DNA of 64,000 bases, from NCBI GenBank assembly GCA_030390025.1, contig JASTWF010000338.1:62001-126000 (forward strand). The letters run 5' to 3'. Made by a program: the position numbers and the translations under genes. Of this stretch, positions 12,033 through 26,100 are shown in pieces (positions within the stretch are counted from its first letter, which is position 1; each line of letters begins with the position of its first letter). A model generated the notes under the pieces. That model had not been told where the DNA came from. It was given only the letters and a program-made list of their open reading frames with translations, and did not search any database. Source of the DNA: Squalus acanthias. Its lineage: Eukaryota.

Positions 12033-12385
12033 GTAAAAAAGTAAATTTTTTAAAGCTTTTCGTTTTACATACAGACGGCAGCTTTTGACACGTTAGAACC
12101 CCTGCGACTACACCTCATTGTCTCAGTTGTATCTTGCTATGTCTTTTGATGTGGTACCTTCCTGGCTGACTTAATTAACTTTATCACACCTCGGCAGATA
12201 GTCAGGATGATTTAATTTATTGGTCTGCAATTGTAAAGTACACATGCTTTGTTTTCCATCTATATATGCTCTGGCGATTCTGTATCCAATTTACTTCACC
12301 TGAGGAAGGAGCAATCGATAGCTCCGAAAGCTTGTGATTTCAAATAAAACTGTTGGACTATAACCTGGTGTTGTGCGACCTCTCA
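12033..12385 (+). mobile_element. Penelope-like element pLTR fragment inserted in satellite
   Basis: Near-identical to ~8978-9329. Confidence 0.85.
12296..12337 (+). ncRNA. Minimal type-I hammerhead ribozyme motif (family A)
   Basis: Same sequence as 9240-9281. Confidence 0.7.
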
Positions 12386-15300
12386 GTGTTAGATGGGACA
12401 GCATAGAGGGAGCTTTACTCTGTATCTAACCCGTGCTGTACCTGCCCTGGGAGTGTTTGATGGGACACTGTCGAGCGAGCTTTACTCTGTATCTAACCCG
12501 TGCTGTACCTGCCCTGGGAGTGTTTGATGGGACAGTGCAGAGGGAGCTTGACTCTGTATCTAACCCGTGCTGTATCTGCCCTGGGAGTGTTTGATGGGAC
12601 ACTGTCGAGCGAGCTTTACTCTGTATCTAACCCGTGCTGTCCCTGCCCTGGGAGTGTTTGAGGAACAGTGTAGAGGGAGCTTTACTCTGTATCTAAGCCA
12701 TGCTAAACTGCCCTGGGAGTGTTTGATGGGACAGTGTTGAGGGAGCTTTACGCTGTATCTAACCTGTGCTGTACCTGTTCTGGGAGTGTTTGATGGGACA
12801 GTATAGAGAGGGCTTTACTCTGTATCTGACCCGTGCTGTACCTGCCCTGGAAGTGTTTGATGGGACAGTGTAGAGGGAGCTTTACACTGTTTATAACCCG
12901 TGGTGTACCTGCCTGGGACTGTTTGATGGGACAGTGTAGAGAGAGTTTACTCTGTATCTAACCTGTGCTGTACCTGCCCTGGGACTGTTTGATGCGAAAG
13001 TGTAGAGGGAGCGCTACCCTGTTTATAACCCGTGTTGTACCTGCCTGGGACTGTTTGATGGGACAGTGTAGAGAGAGTTTTACGCTGTATCTAACCTGTG
13101 CTGTACCTGTGCTGGGAGTGTTTGATGGGACAGTGTAGAGGGGGCTTTACTCATATCTAACCCCTGCTTTATCTGCCCTGGGAGTGTTAGATGGGACAGC
13201 ATAGAGGGAGCTTTACTCTGTATCTAACCCGTGCTGTACCTGCCCTGGGAGTGTTTGATGGGACACTGTCGAGCGAGCTTTACTCTGTATCTAACCCGTG
13301 CTGTACCTGCCCTGGGAGTGTTTGATGACAGTGCAGAGGGAGCTTGACTCTGTATCTAACCCGTGCTGTATCTGCCCTGGGAGTGTTTGATGGGACGGAA
13401 TAGAGGGAGCTTTACTGTGGATCTAACCCGTACTGTACCTGCCCTGGGAGTGTTTGATGGGACAGTGCAGAGGGAGCTTTACTCTGTATATAACCCGTGC
13501 TGTACCTGCCCTGGGAGTGTTTGATGGGACAGTGTAGGGGGAGCTTTACTCTGTATCTAACCCATGCTGTACCTGCCCTGGGAGTGTTTGATGGGACAGT
13601 GTTGAGGGAGCTTTACTCTGTATCTGACCAGTGCTGTCCCTGCCCTGGGAGTGTTTGATGGGACAGTGTAGAGGGAGCTTTACTCTGTATCTGACCCGTG
13701 TTGTACCTGCCCTGGGAGTGTTTGATGGGACAGTGTAGAGGGAGCTTTACTCTGTATCTAACCCGTGCTGTACCTGCCCTGGGAGTGTTTGATGGGACAG
13801 TGCAGAGGGAGCTTTACTCTGTATCTAACCCGTGCAGTACCTGCCCTGGGACAGTGCAGAGGGAGCTTTACTCTGTATCTAACCCGTGCTGTACCTGCCC
13901 TGGGAGTGTTCGATGGGACTGTGAAGAGGGAGCTTTGCTCTGTATCTAACCTGTGCTGTACCTGCCCTGGGAGTGTTTGATGGGACAGTGTAGAGGGAGC
14001 TTTACTCTGTATCTAACCCGTGCTGTACCTGCCCTGGGAGTGTTTGAGGAACAGTGTAGAGGGAGCTTTACTCTGTATCTAAGCCATGCTAAACTGCCCT
14101 GGGAGTGTTTGATGGGACAGCGTAGGGGGAGCTTTACCCTGTTTATAACCCGTGGTGTACCTGCCTGTGACTGTTTGATGGGACAGTGTAGAGAGAGTTT
14201 TACGCTGTATCTGACCCGTGCTGTACCTGCCCTGGAAGTGTTTGATGGGACAGTGTAGAGGGGGCTTTACTCTGTATCTAACCCGTGCTTTAACTGCCCT
14301 GGGAGTGTTAGATGGGACAGCATAGGAGGGAGCTTTACTCTGTATCTAACCAGTGCTGTACCTGCCCTGGGAGTGTTTGATGGGACAGTGCAGAGGGAGC
14401 TTTACTCTGTGTTTAACCCATGCTGTACCTGACCTGGGAGTGTTTGATGGGACAGTTTAGAGGGAGCTTTACTCTGTATCTGACCCGTGTTGTACCTGCC
14501 CTGGGAGTGTTTGATGGGACAGTGCAGAGGGAGCTTTACTCTGTATCTGACCCATGTTGTACCTGCCCAGGGAGTGTTTGATGAGACAGTGTAGAGGGAG
14601 CTTTACTCTGCATCTAACCCGTGCTGTACCTGCCCTTGCAGTGTTTGATGGGACAGTGCAGAGGGAGCTTTACTCTGTATCTAACCCATGCAGTACCTGC
14701 CCTGGGACTGTTTGATGGGACAGTGCAGAGGGAGCTTTATTCTGTATCTAACCCGTGCTGTACCTGCCCTGGGAGTGTTTGATGGGACAGTGTAGAGGGA
14801 GCTTTACTCTGTATCTAACCCGTGCTGTACCTGCCCTGGGAGTGTTTGATGGGACAGTGTAGAGGGAGCTTTACTCTGTATCTGACCCGTGTTGTACCTG
14901 CCCTGGGAGTGTTTGATGGGACAGTGCAGAGGGAGCTTTACTGTGTATCTGACCCATGTTGTACCTGCTCAGGGAGTGTTTGATGAGACAGTGTAGAGGG
15001 AGCTTTACTCTGTATCTAACCCGTGCTGTACCTGCCCTGGGACTGTTTGATGGGACAGTGTAGAGGGAGCTTTACCCTGTTTATAACCCGTGATGTACCT
15101 GCCCTGGGACTGTTTGATGGGACAGTGTAGGGGGAGCTTTACTCTGTATCTAACCCATGCTGTACCTGCCCTGGGAGTGTTTGATGGGACAGTGTTGAGG
15201 GAGCTTTACTCTGTATCTGACCAGTGCTGTCCCTGCCCTGGGAGTGTTTGATGGGACAGTGTAGAGGGAGCTTTACTCTGTATCTGATCTGTATTGTACC

Positions 15301-18300
15301 TGCCCTGGGACAGTGCAGAGGGAGCTTTACTCTGTATCTAACCCGTGCTGTACCTGCCCTGGGAGTGTTTGATGGGACTGTGAAGAGGGAGCTTTGCTCT
15401 GTATCTAACCTGTGCTGTACCTGCCCTGGGAGTGTTTGATGGGACAGTGTAGAGGGAGCTTTACTCTGTATCTAACCCGTGCTGTACCTGCCCTGGGAGT
15501 GTTTGATGGACAGTGTAGAGGAGCTTTACTCTGTATCTAGCCAGTGCTGTACCTGCCCTGGGAGTGTTTGATGGGACAGCGTAGAGGGAGCTTTACCCTG
15601 TATCTGATCCGTGTTGTACCTGCCTGGGCTGTTTGATGGACAGTGCAGAGGGAGCTTTACGCTGTATCTAACCGTGCTGTACCTGCCCTGGGAGTGTTTG
15701 ATGGGACTGTGAAGAGGAGCTTTGCTCTGTATCTACCCGTGCTGTACCTGCCCTGGAGTGTTTGATGGGACAGTGTAGAGGGAGCTTTACTCTGTATCTA
15801 ACCCGTGCTGTACCTGCCCTGGGAGTGTTTGATGGACAGTGTAGAGGGAGCTTTACTCTGTATCTAAGCCAGTGCTGTAACTGCCCTGGGAGTGTTTGAT
15901 GGGACAGGCAGAGGGGAGCTTTACTCTGTTTCTAACCCGTGCTGTACCTGCCTGGGATGTTTGATGGGACAGTGTAGAGGGAGCTTTACTCTGTATCTAA
16001 CCCGTGCTGTACCTGCCCTGGGAGTGTTTGATGGGACAGTGCAGAGGGAGCTTTACTCTGTATCTGACCCGTGCTGTACCTGCCCTGGAGTGTTTGATGG
16101 ACAGTGTAGAGGGAGCTTTACTCTGTATCTAACCCGTGCTGTATCTGCCCTGGGAGTGTTTGATGGGACAGCTTCGAAGGGAGCTTTACTCTGTATCTAA
16201 CCAGTGCTGTACCTGCCCTGGGAGTGTTTGATGGGACAGTGCAGAGGGAGCTTTACTCTGTATCTAACCATGCTGTACCTGCCCTGGGATATGTTTGATG
16301 GGACAGTGTAGAGGGAGCTTTACTCTGTATCTGACCCGTGTTGTACCTGCCCTGGAGTGTTTGATGGGACAGTGCAGAGGGAGCTTTACTCTGTATCTGA
16401 CCCATGTTGTACCTGCCCAGGGAGTGTTTGATGAGACAGTGTAGAGGGAGCTTTACTCTGCATCTAACCCGTGCTGTACCTGCCCTTGCAGTGTTTGATG
16501 GGACAGTGCAGAGGGAGCTTTACTCTGTATCTAACCCATGCAGTACCTGCCCTGGGACTGTTTGATGGGACAGTGTAGAGGGAGCTTTACGCTGTATCTA
16601 ACCTGTGCTGTACCTGTCATGGGAGTGTTTGATGGGACAGTATAGAGGGGGCTTTACTCTGTATCTAACCCGTGCTTTATCTGCCCTGGGAGTGTTAGAT
16701 GGGACAGCATCGGAGGGAGCTTTACTCTGTATCTAACCAGTGCTGTACCTGCCCTGGGAGTGTTTGATGGGACAGTGTAGAGGGAGCTTTACTCTGTATC
16801 TAACCCGTGCTGTACCTGCCCTGGGAGTGTTTGATGGGACAGTGTAGAGGGAGCTTTACTCTGTATCTGACCCGTGCTGTACCTGCCCTGGGAGTGTTTG
16901 ATGGGACAGTGTAGAGGGAGCTTTACTCTGTATCTTACCCTGTGCTGTACCTGCCCTGGGAGTGTTTGATGGGACAGTGCTAGAGGGAGCTTTACTCTGT
17001 ATCTAACCCGTGCTGTACCTGCCCTGGGAGTGTTTGATGGGACAGTGTAGAGGGAGCTTTACTCTGTATATAACCCGTGCTGTACCTGCCCTGGGAGTGT
17101 TTCATGGGACAGTGCAGAGAGAGCTTTACTCTGTATCTAACCCGTGCTGTACCTGCCCTGGGAGTGTTTGATGGGACAGTGCAGAGGGAGCTTTACTCTG
17201 TATCTAACCCGTGCTGTACCTGCCCTGGACGTGTTTGATGGGACAGTGCAGAGGAGCTTTACTCTGTATCTAACCCGTGCTGTACCTGCCCTGGGAGTGT
17301 TTGATGGGACAGTGCAGAGGGAGCTTTGCTCTGTATATAACCTGTGCTGTACCTGCCCTGGTAGTGTTTCATGGGACAGTGCAGAGAGAGCTTTACTCTG
17401 TATCTAACCCGTGCTGCAGCTGCCCTGGGAGTGTTTGATGGGACAGTGCAGAGGGAGCTTTACCCTGTTTATAACCCGTGATGTACCTGCCCTGGGACTG
17501 TTTGATGGGACAGTGTAGGGGGAGCTTTACTCTGTATCTAACCCATGCTGTACCTGCCCTGGGAGTGTTTGATGGGACAGTGTTGAGGGAGCTTTACTCT
17601 GTATCTGACCAGTGCTGTCCCTGCCCTGGGAGTGTTTGATGGGACAGTGCAGAGGGAGCTTTACTCTGTATCTGATCCGTATTGTACCTGCCCTGGGACA
17701 GTGCAGAGGGAGCTTTACTCTGTATCTAACCCGTGCTGTACCTGCCCTGGGAGTGTTTGATGGGACTGTGAAGAGGGAGCTTTGCTCTGTATCTAACCTG
17801 TGCTGTACCTGCCCTGGGAGTGTTTGATGGGACAGTGTAGAGGGAGCTTTACTCTGTATCTAACCCGTGCTGTACCTGCCCTGGGAGTGTTTGAGGGACA
17901 GTGTAGAGGGAGCTTACTCTGTATCTAAGCCATGCTAAACTGCCCTGGGAGTGTTTGATGGGACAGGTAGAGGGAGCTTTACCCTGTTTATACCCGTGGT
18001 GTACCTGCCTGTGACTGTTTGATGGGACAGTGTAGAGAGAGTTTTACGCTGTATCTAACCGGTGCTGTACCTGTCCTGGGAGTGTTTGATGGGACAGTTT
18101 CGAGAGGGCTTTACTCTGTATCTGACCCGTGCTGTACCTGCCCTGGAAGTGTTTGATGGGACAGTGTAGAGGGGGCTTTACTCTGTATCTAACCCGTGCT
18201 TTATCTGCCCTGGGAGTGTTTGATGGGACAGCATAGGAGGGAGCTTTACTCTGTATCTAACCAGTGCTGTACCTGCCCTGGGAGTGTTTGATGGGACAGT

Positions 18301-19968
18301 GCAGAGGAAGCTTGACTCTGTGTCTAACCCATGCTGTACCTGACCTGGGATATGTTTGATGGGACAGTTTAGAGGGAGCTTTACTCTGTATCTGACCCGT
18401 GTTGTACCTGCCCTGGGAGTGTTTGATGGGACAGTGCAGAGGGAGCTTTACTCTGTATCTGACCCATGTTGTACCTGCCCAGGGAGTGTTTGATGAGACA
18501 GTGTAGAGGGAGCTTTACTCTGCATCTAACCCGTGCTGTACCTGCCCTTGCAGTGTTTGATGGGACAGTGCAGAGGGAGCTTTACTCTGTATCTAACCCA
18601 TGCAGTACCTGCCCTGGGACTGTTTGATGGGACAGTGTAGAGGGGGCTTTACTCTGTATCTAACCCTGTGCTTTATCTGCCTGGGAGTGTTTGATGGGAC
18701 AGCATAGGAGGGGAGCTTTACTCTGTATCTAACCAGTGCTGTACCTGCCCTGGGAGTGTTTGATGGGACAGTGCAGAGGAAGCTTGACTCTGTGTCTAAC
18801 CCATGCTGTACCTGACCTGGGATATGTTTGATGGGACAGTTTAGAGGGAGCTTTACTCTGTATCTGACCCGTGTTGTACCTGCCCTGGGAGTGTTTGATG
18901 GGACAGTGCAGAGGGAGCTTTACTCTGTATCTGACCCATGTTGTACCTGCCCAGGGAGTGTTTGATGAGACAGTGTAGAGGGAGCTTTACTCTGCATCTA
19001 ACCCGTGCTGTACCTGCCCTTGCAGTGTTTGATGGGACAGTGCAGAGGGAGCTTTACTCTGTATCTAACCCATGCAGTACCTGCCCTGGGACTGTTTGAT
19101 GGGACAGTGTAGAGGGAGCTTTACGCTGTATCTAACCTGTGCTGTACCTGTCATGGGAGTGTTTGATGGGACAGTATAGAGGGGGCTTTACTCTGTATCT
19201 AACCCGTGCTTTATCTGCCCTGGGAGTGTTAGATGGGACAGCATCGGAGGGAGCTTTACTCTGTATCTACCAGTGTTGTACCTGCCCTGGGAGTGTTTGA
19301 TGGGACAGTGTAGAGGGAGCTTTACTCTGTATCTAACCTTGCTGTACCTGCCCTGGGAGTGTTTGATGGGACAGTGTAGAGGGAGCTTTACTCTGTATCT
19401 AGACCCGTGCTGTACCTGCCCTGAGTGTTTGATGGGGACAGTGTAGAGGGAGCTTTACTCTGTATCTAACCAGTGCTGTACCTGCCCTGGGAGTGTTTGA
19501 TGGGACAGTGTAGAGGGAGCTTTACTCTGTATCTAACCGTGCTGTACCTGCCCTGGGAGTGTTTGATGGGACAGTGTAGAGGGGCTTTACTCTGTATCTA
19601 ACCCGTGCTTGTATCTGCCCTGGGAGTGTTAGATGGGACAGAGGAGAGGGAGCTTTACTCTGTATCTAACCCGTGCTGGACCTGCCCTGGGAGTGTTTGA
19701 TGGGACAGTGTAGAGGGAGCTTTACTCTGTATCTAACCCGTGCTGTACCTGCCCTGGGAGTGTTTGATGGGACAGTGTAGAGGGAGCTTTACTCTGTATC
19801 TAACCCGTGCTGTACCTGCCCTGGGAGTGTTTGATGGGACAGTGTAGAGGGAGCTTTACTCTGTATCTAACCGTGCTGTACCTGCCCCTGGGAGTGTTTG
19901 ATGGGACAGTGTAGAGGGAGCTTTACTCTGTATCTAACCGTGCTGTACCTGCCCTGGGAGTGTTTGAT

Positions 19969-20177
19969 GGACAAAGTGTGAGGAGGTCGCACAAAACCAG
20001 GTTATTGCCCAACAGTTTTATTGAAATCACAAGCTTTCGGAGCTATGATTTGCTCCTTCCTCAGGTGAAGTTAAATAGATACCGTAAGCTTGTGATTTCA
20101 AATAAAACTTGTTTGGACTATACCTGGTGTTGTGGGACCTCTCAATTTTGTCCACCCCAGTCCTCACCTGCATCTCC
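19969..20177. mobile_element. Inverted pair of Penelope pLTR fragments (minus ~19969-20072, plus ~20076-20177), indel-rich
   Basis: The first half matches 4211-4325 and the second half matches 9272-9363, both with many small indels. Confidence 0.7.
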
Positions 20178-23100
20178 CTGGGAGTGTTTGATGGGACAGT
20201 GTAGAGGGAGCTTTACTCTGTTTATAACCGTGCTGTACCTGCCCTGGGAGTGTTTGATGGGACAGTGTAGAGGGAGCTTTACTCTGTATCTAACCTGTGC
20301 TGTACCTGTCATGGGAGTGTTTGATGGGACAGTTTAGAGGAGGGCTTTACTCTGTATCTGACCCGTGCTGTACCTGCCCTGAGAGTGTTGATGGGACAGT
20401 GTAGAGGGAGCTTTACTCTGTATCTAACCCGTGCTGTATCTGCCCTGGCAGTGTTTCATGGGACAGGGCATAGAGGAGCTTTACTCTGTATCTAACCCGT
20501 GCTGTACCTGCCCTGGGAGTGTTTGATGGGACAGTGCAGAGGGAGCTTTACTCTGTATAAACCCGTGCTGTACCTGACCCTGGTTAGTTTTATGGGACAG
20601 TGTAGAGGGAGCTTTACTCTGTATCTAACCCGTGTGTACCTGCCCTGGGAGTGTTTGATGGGACAGTGTGCAGAGGGAGCTTTACTCTGTATATGACCCA
20701 GTGATGTACCTGCCCTGGGAGTGTTTGATGGACAGGTGTAGAGGGAGCTTTACTCTGATCTAACCCGTGCTGTACCTGCCCTGGGGAGTGTTTGATGGGA
20801 CAGTGTAGAGGGAGCTTTACTCTGTATCTAACCCGTGCTGTACCTGCCCTGGGAGTGTTTGATGGGACAGTGTAGAGGGAGCTTTACTCTGTATCTAACC
20901 GTGCTGTACCTGCCCTGGGACAGTGCAGAGGGAGCTTTACTCTGTATCTAACCGTGCTGTACCTGCCCTGGGAGTGTTTGATGGGACAGTGTAGAGGGAG
21001 CTTTACTCTGTATCTAACCCGTGCTGTACCTGCCCTGGGAGTGTTTGATGGGACAGTGTAGAGGGAGCTTTACTCTGTATCTAACCCGTGCTGTACCTGC
21101 CCTGGGAGTGTTTGATGGGACAGTGTAGAGGGAGCTTTACTCTGTATCTAACCCGTGCTGTACCTGCCCTGGGAGTGTTTGATGGGACAGTGTAGGGGAG
21201 CTTTACTCTGTATCTAACCCGTGCTGTACCTGCCTGGGAGTGTTTGATGGGACAGTGTAGAGGGAGCTTTACTCTGTATCTAACCGTGCTGTACCTGCCC
21301 TGGGAAGTGTTTGATGGGACAGTGTAGAGGGGCTTTACTCTGTATCTAACCCGTGCTGTACCTGCCCTGGGAGTGTTTGATGGGACAGTGTAGAGGAGCT
21401 TTACTCTGTATCTAACCAGTGCTGTACCTGCCTGGGAGTGTTTGATGGGACAGTGTAGAGGGAGCTTTACTCTGTATCTGACCCCGTGCTTGTACCTGCC
21501 CTGGAGTGTTTGATGGGACAGCTGTTTAGAGGGAGACTTTACTCTGTATTCTACCCGTGCTGTACCTGCCCTTGCAGTGTTTTGATGGGACAGTGCAGAG
21601 GAGCTTTACTCTGTATCTAACCCCGTGCTGTACCTGCCCTGGGAGTGTTTGATGGGACAGTGTAGAGGAGCTTTACTCTGAATATAACCCGTGCTGTACC
21701 CTGCCCTGGCAGTGTTTGATGGGACAGTGCAGAGTGAGCTTTACTCTGTATCTAACCATGCTGTCCTGCCCTGGGAAGTGTTTGATGGGACAGTGCAGAG
21801 GGAGCTTTACTCTGTATATAACCGTGCTGTACCTGCCCTGGGAGTGTTTGATGGGACAGTGTAGAGGGAGCTTTACTCTGTATCTAACCCGTGTGTACCT
21901 GCCCTGGGAGTGTTTGATGGACAGTGTAGAGGAGCTTTACTCTGTATCTAACCGTGCTGTACCTGCCCTGGGAGTGTTTGATGGGACTGTGAAGAGGGAG
22001 CTTTACTGCTGTATCTAACCGTGCTGAACCTGCCCTGGAGTGTTTGATGGGACATGTAGAGGGAGCTTTACTCTGTATCTAACCCGTGCTGTACCTGCCC
22101 CTGGGAGTGTTTGAGGGACAGTGTAGAGGAGCTTTACACTGTATCTAACCGTGCTGTAACTGCCTGGGAGTGTTTGATGGGACAGTGTAGGGGAGCTTTA
22201 CTCTGTATCTAACCCGTGCTGTACCTGCCCTGGAAGTGTTTGATGGGACAGTGTAGAGGAGTTTTAATCTGTATCTAACCGTGCTGTACCTGCCCTGGGA
22301 GTGTTTGATGGGACAGTGCAGAGGGAGCTTTACTCTGTATCTGACCCATGTCTGTACCTGCCCTGGGAGTGTTTGATGGGACAGTGTAGAGGGAGCTTTA
22401 CTCTGTATCTAACCCGTGCTGTACCTGCCCTGGGAGTGTTTGATGGGACAGTATAGAGGGAGCTTTTCTCTGTATCTAACCCGTGCTGTACCTGCCCTGG
22501 GAGTGTTTGATGGGACAGTGCAGAGGGAGCTTTACTCTGTATCTAACCCGTGCTGTACCTGCCCTGGGAGTGTTTGATGGGACAGTGTAAAGGGAGCTTT
22601 ACTCTGTATCTAACCTGTGCTGTACCTGCCCTGGGAGTGTTTGATGGGACAGTGTAGAGGGAGCTTTACTCTGTATCTAACCCGTGCTGTACCTGCCCTG
22701 GGAGTGTTTGATGGGACAGTGAGAGAGCTTTACTCTGTATCTAACCGTGCTGTACCTGCCTTGGAGTGTTTGATGGGACAGTGTAGAGGGAGTTTACTCT
22801 GTATCTAACCCGTGCTGTACCTGCCCTGGAGTGTTTGATGGGACAGTGTAGAGGGAGCTTTACTCTGTATCTAACCCGTGCTGTACCTGCCCTGGGAGTG
22901 TTTGATGGGACAGTGTGAGGGAGCTTTACTCTGTATCTAACCCGTGCTGTACCTGCCCTGGGAGTGTTTGATGGGACAGTGTAGAGGGAGCTTTACTCTG
23001 TATCTAACCCGTGCTGTACCTGCCCTGGGAGTGTTTGATGGGACAGTGTAGAGGGAGCTTTACTCTGTATCTAACCCGTGCTGTACCTGCCCTGGGAGTG

Positions 23101-26100
23101 TTTGATGGGACAGTGTAGAGGGAGCTTTACTCTGTATCTAACCCGTGCTGTACCTGCCCTGGGAGTGTTTGATGGGACAGTGTAGAGGGAGCTTTACTCT
23201 GTATCTAAACCGTGCTGTACCTGCCCTGGGAGTGTTTGATGGGACAGTGTAGAGGGAGCTTTACTCTGTATCTAACCCGTGCTGTACCTGCCCTGGGAGT
23301 GTTTGATGGGGACAGTGTAGAGGGAGCTTTACTCTGTATCTAACCCGTGCTGTACCTGCCCTGGGAGTGTTTTGATGGGACAGTGTAGAGGGAGCTTTAC
23401 TCTGTATCTAACCGTGCTGTACCTGCTGGGAGTGTTTGATGGGACAGTGTAGAGGGAGCTTTACTCTGTATCTAACCCGTGCTGTACCTGCCCTGGGAGT
23501 GTTTGATGGGACAGTGTAGAGGGAGCTTTACTCTGTATTTAACCCGTGCTGTACCTGCCCTGGGAGTGTTTGATGGGACAGTGCAGAGGGAGCTTTACTC
23601 TGTATCTAACCCGTGCTGTACCTGCCTGGGAGTGTTTGATGGGACAGTGTAGAGGGAGCTTTACTCTGTATTTAACCCGTGCTGTACCTGCCCTGGGAGT
23701 GTTTGATGGGACAGTGTAGAGGGAGCTTTACTCTGTATCTAACCCGTGCTGTACCTGCCCTGGGAGTGTTTGATGGGACAGTGTAGAGGGAGCTTTACTC
23801 TGTATCTAACCCCGTGCTGTACCTGCCCTGGGAGTGTTTGATGGGACAGTGTAGAGGGAGCTTTACTCTGTATCTAACCCGTGCTGTACCTGCCCTGGGA
23901 GTGTTTGATGGGACAGTGCAGAGGGAGCTTTACTCTGTATCTAACCGTGCTGTACCTGCCCTGGGAGTGTTTGATGGGACAGTGTAGAGGAGCTTTACTC
24001 TGTATCTAACCCGTGCTGTACCTGCCCTGGGAGTGTTTGATGGGACAGTAAGAGGGAGCTTTTACTCTGTATCTAACCCGTGCTGTACCTGCCCTGGGAG
24101 TGTTTGATGGGACAGTGTAGAGGGAGCTTTACTCTGTATCTAACCCGTGCTGTACCTGCCCTGGTGTGTTTGATGGGACAGTGTAGAGGAGCTTTACTCT
24201 GTATCTAACCCGTGCTGTACCTGCCCTGGGAGTGTTTGATGGGACAGTGTAGGGGAGCTTTACTCTGTATCTAACCGTGCTGTACCTGCCCTGGGAGTGT
24301 TTGATGGGACAGTGCAGAGGGAGCTTTCTCTGTATCTAACCGTGCTGTACCTGCCCTGGGAGTGTTTTTGATGGGACAGTGTAGAGGGAGCTTTACTCTG
24401 TATCTAAACCTGCTGCTGGAGTTTGATGGGACAGTTTAGAGGAGCTTTACTCTGTATTCTAACCCGTGCTGTACCTGCCCTGGGAGTGTTTGATGGGACA
24501 GTGTAGAGGGAGCTTTACTTTGTATCTAAACCCGTGCTGTACCTGCCCTGGGAGTGTTTGATGGGACAGTGTAGAGGGAGCTTTACTCTGTATCTAACCC
24601 GTGCTGTACCTGCCTGGGAGTGTTTGATGGGACAGTGTGAGGGAGCTTTACTCTGTATCTAACCTGTGCTGTACCTGCCCTGGGAGTGTTTGATGGGACA
24701 GTGTAGAGGGAGCTTTACTCTGTATCTACCCGTGCTGTACCTGCCCTGGGAGTGTTTGATGGGACAGTGCAGAGGGAGCTTTACTCTGTATCTAACCCGT
24801 GCTGTACCTGCCCTGGGAGTGTTTGATGGGACAGTGTAGAGGGAGCTTTACTCTGTATCTAACCGTGCTGTACCTGCCCTGGGAGTGTTTGATGGGACAG
24901 TGTAGAGGGAGCTTTACTTTAATCTAACCCATGCTGTACCTGCCCAGGGAGTGTTTGATGGGACAGTGTAGAGGGAGATCTTACTCTGTATCTAACCCGT
25001 GCTGTCCTGCCCTGGGAGTGTTTGATGGGACAGTGTAGAGGGAGCTTTACTCTGTATCTAAACCGTGCTGTACCTGCCTGGAGTGTTTGATGGGACAGTG
25101 AGAGGGAGCTTTACTCTGTATCTAACCCGTGCTGTACCTGCCTGGGAGTGTTTGATGGGACAGTGTAGAGGGAGCTTTACTCTGTATTTAACCCGTGCTG
25201 TACCTGCCTGGGAGTGTTTGATGGGACAGTGTAGAAGGAGCTTTACTCTGTATCTAACCCGTGCTGTACCTGCCCTGGGAGTGTATGATGGGACAGTGTA
25301 GAGGATGCTTTACTCTGTATCTAACTCCTGCTGTACTGCCCTGGGAGTGTTTGAAGGACAGTGTAGACGAGCTTCACTCTGTATCATAACCCTTGCTGTA
25401 ACTGCCCTGGGAGTGTTTAGATGGGGACAGCTGTAGGGGGTCTTTTCTCTGTTTATAACCCTGTGTTTACTGCCTGGGGAGCTGTTTGATGGGACAGTGT
25501 AGAGAGAGTTTTACTCTGTTATTACCCGTGCTGTACCTGCCCTGGAGAGTTTTTGATGGGACAGTGTAGAGGGGGCTTTACTCTTAATCTAACCCTTGCT
25601 GTAACTGCCCAGGATGTGAGTGTTAGTGGGGACCGCTGTAGAGGAGCTTACTCTGTATCTACCAGTGCTGTACCTTCCCTGGAGTGTTTGATGGGACAGT
25701 GCTAGAGGGAGCTTTACTCTGTGTTTAACCCAGTGCTGTCCCTTACCTGGGAGTGTTTGATGGGACTGTTAGAGGGAGCTTACTCTGTATCTACCCGATG
25801 CTGTACCTGCCTAGAAGTGTTTGATGGGACAGTGTAGAGGGAGTTACTCTGTATCTAACCCGTGCTGTGCCTGCCCTGGAGTGTTTGATGAGACAGTGTA
25901 GAGGGAGCTTTACTCTGATTTAACCCGTACTGTACCTGCCTGGGAGTGTTTGGATGGGGACAGTGTAGAGGGAGCTTTACTCTGTATCTAACCCCGATAC
26001 TGTACCTTCCCTGGGAGTGTTTGATGGGGACAGTGTAGAGGGAGCTTTACTCTGTATCTAACCCTGCTGTACCTTCCCTGGGAGTGTTTGATGGGACAGT

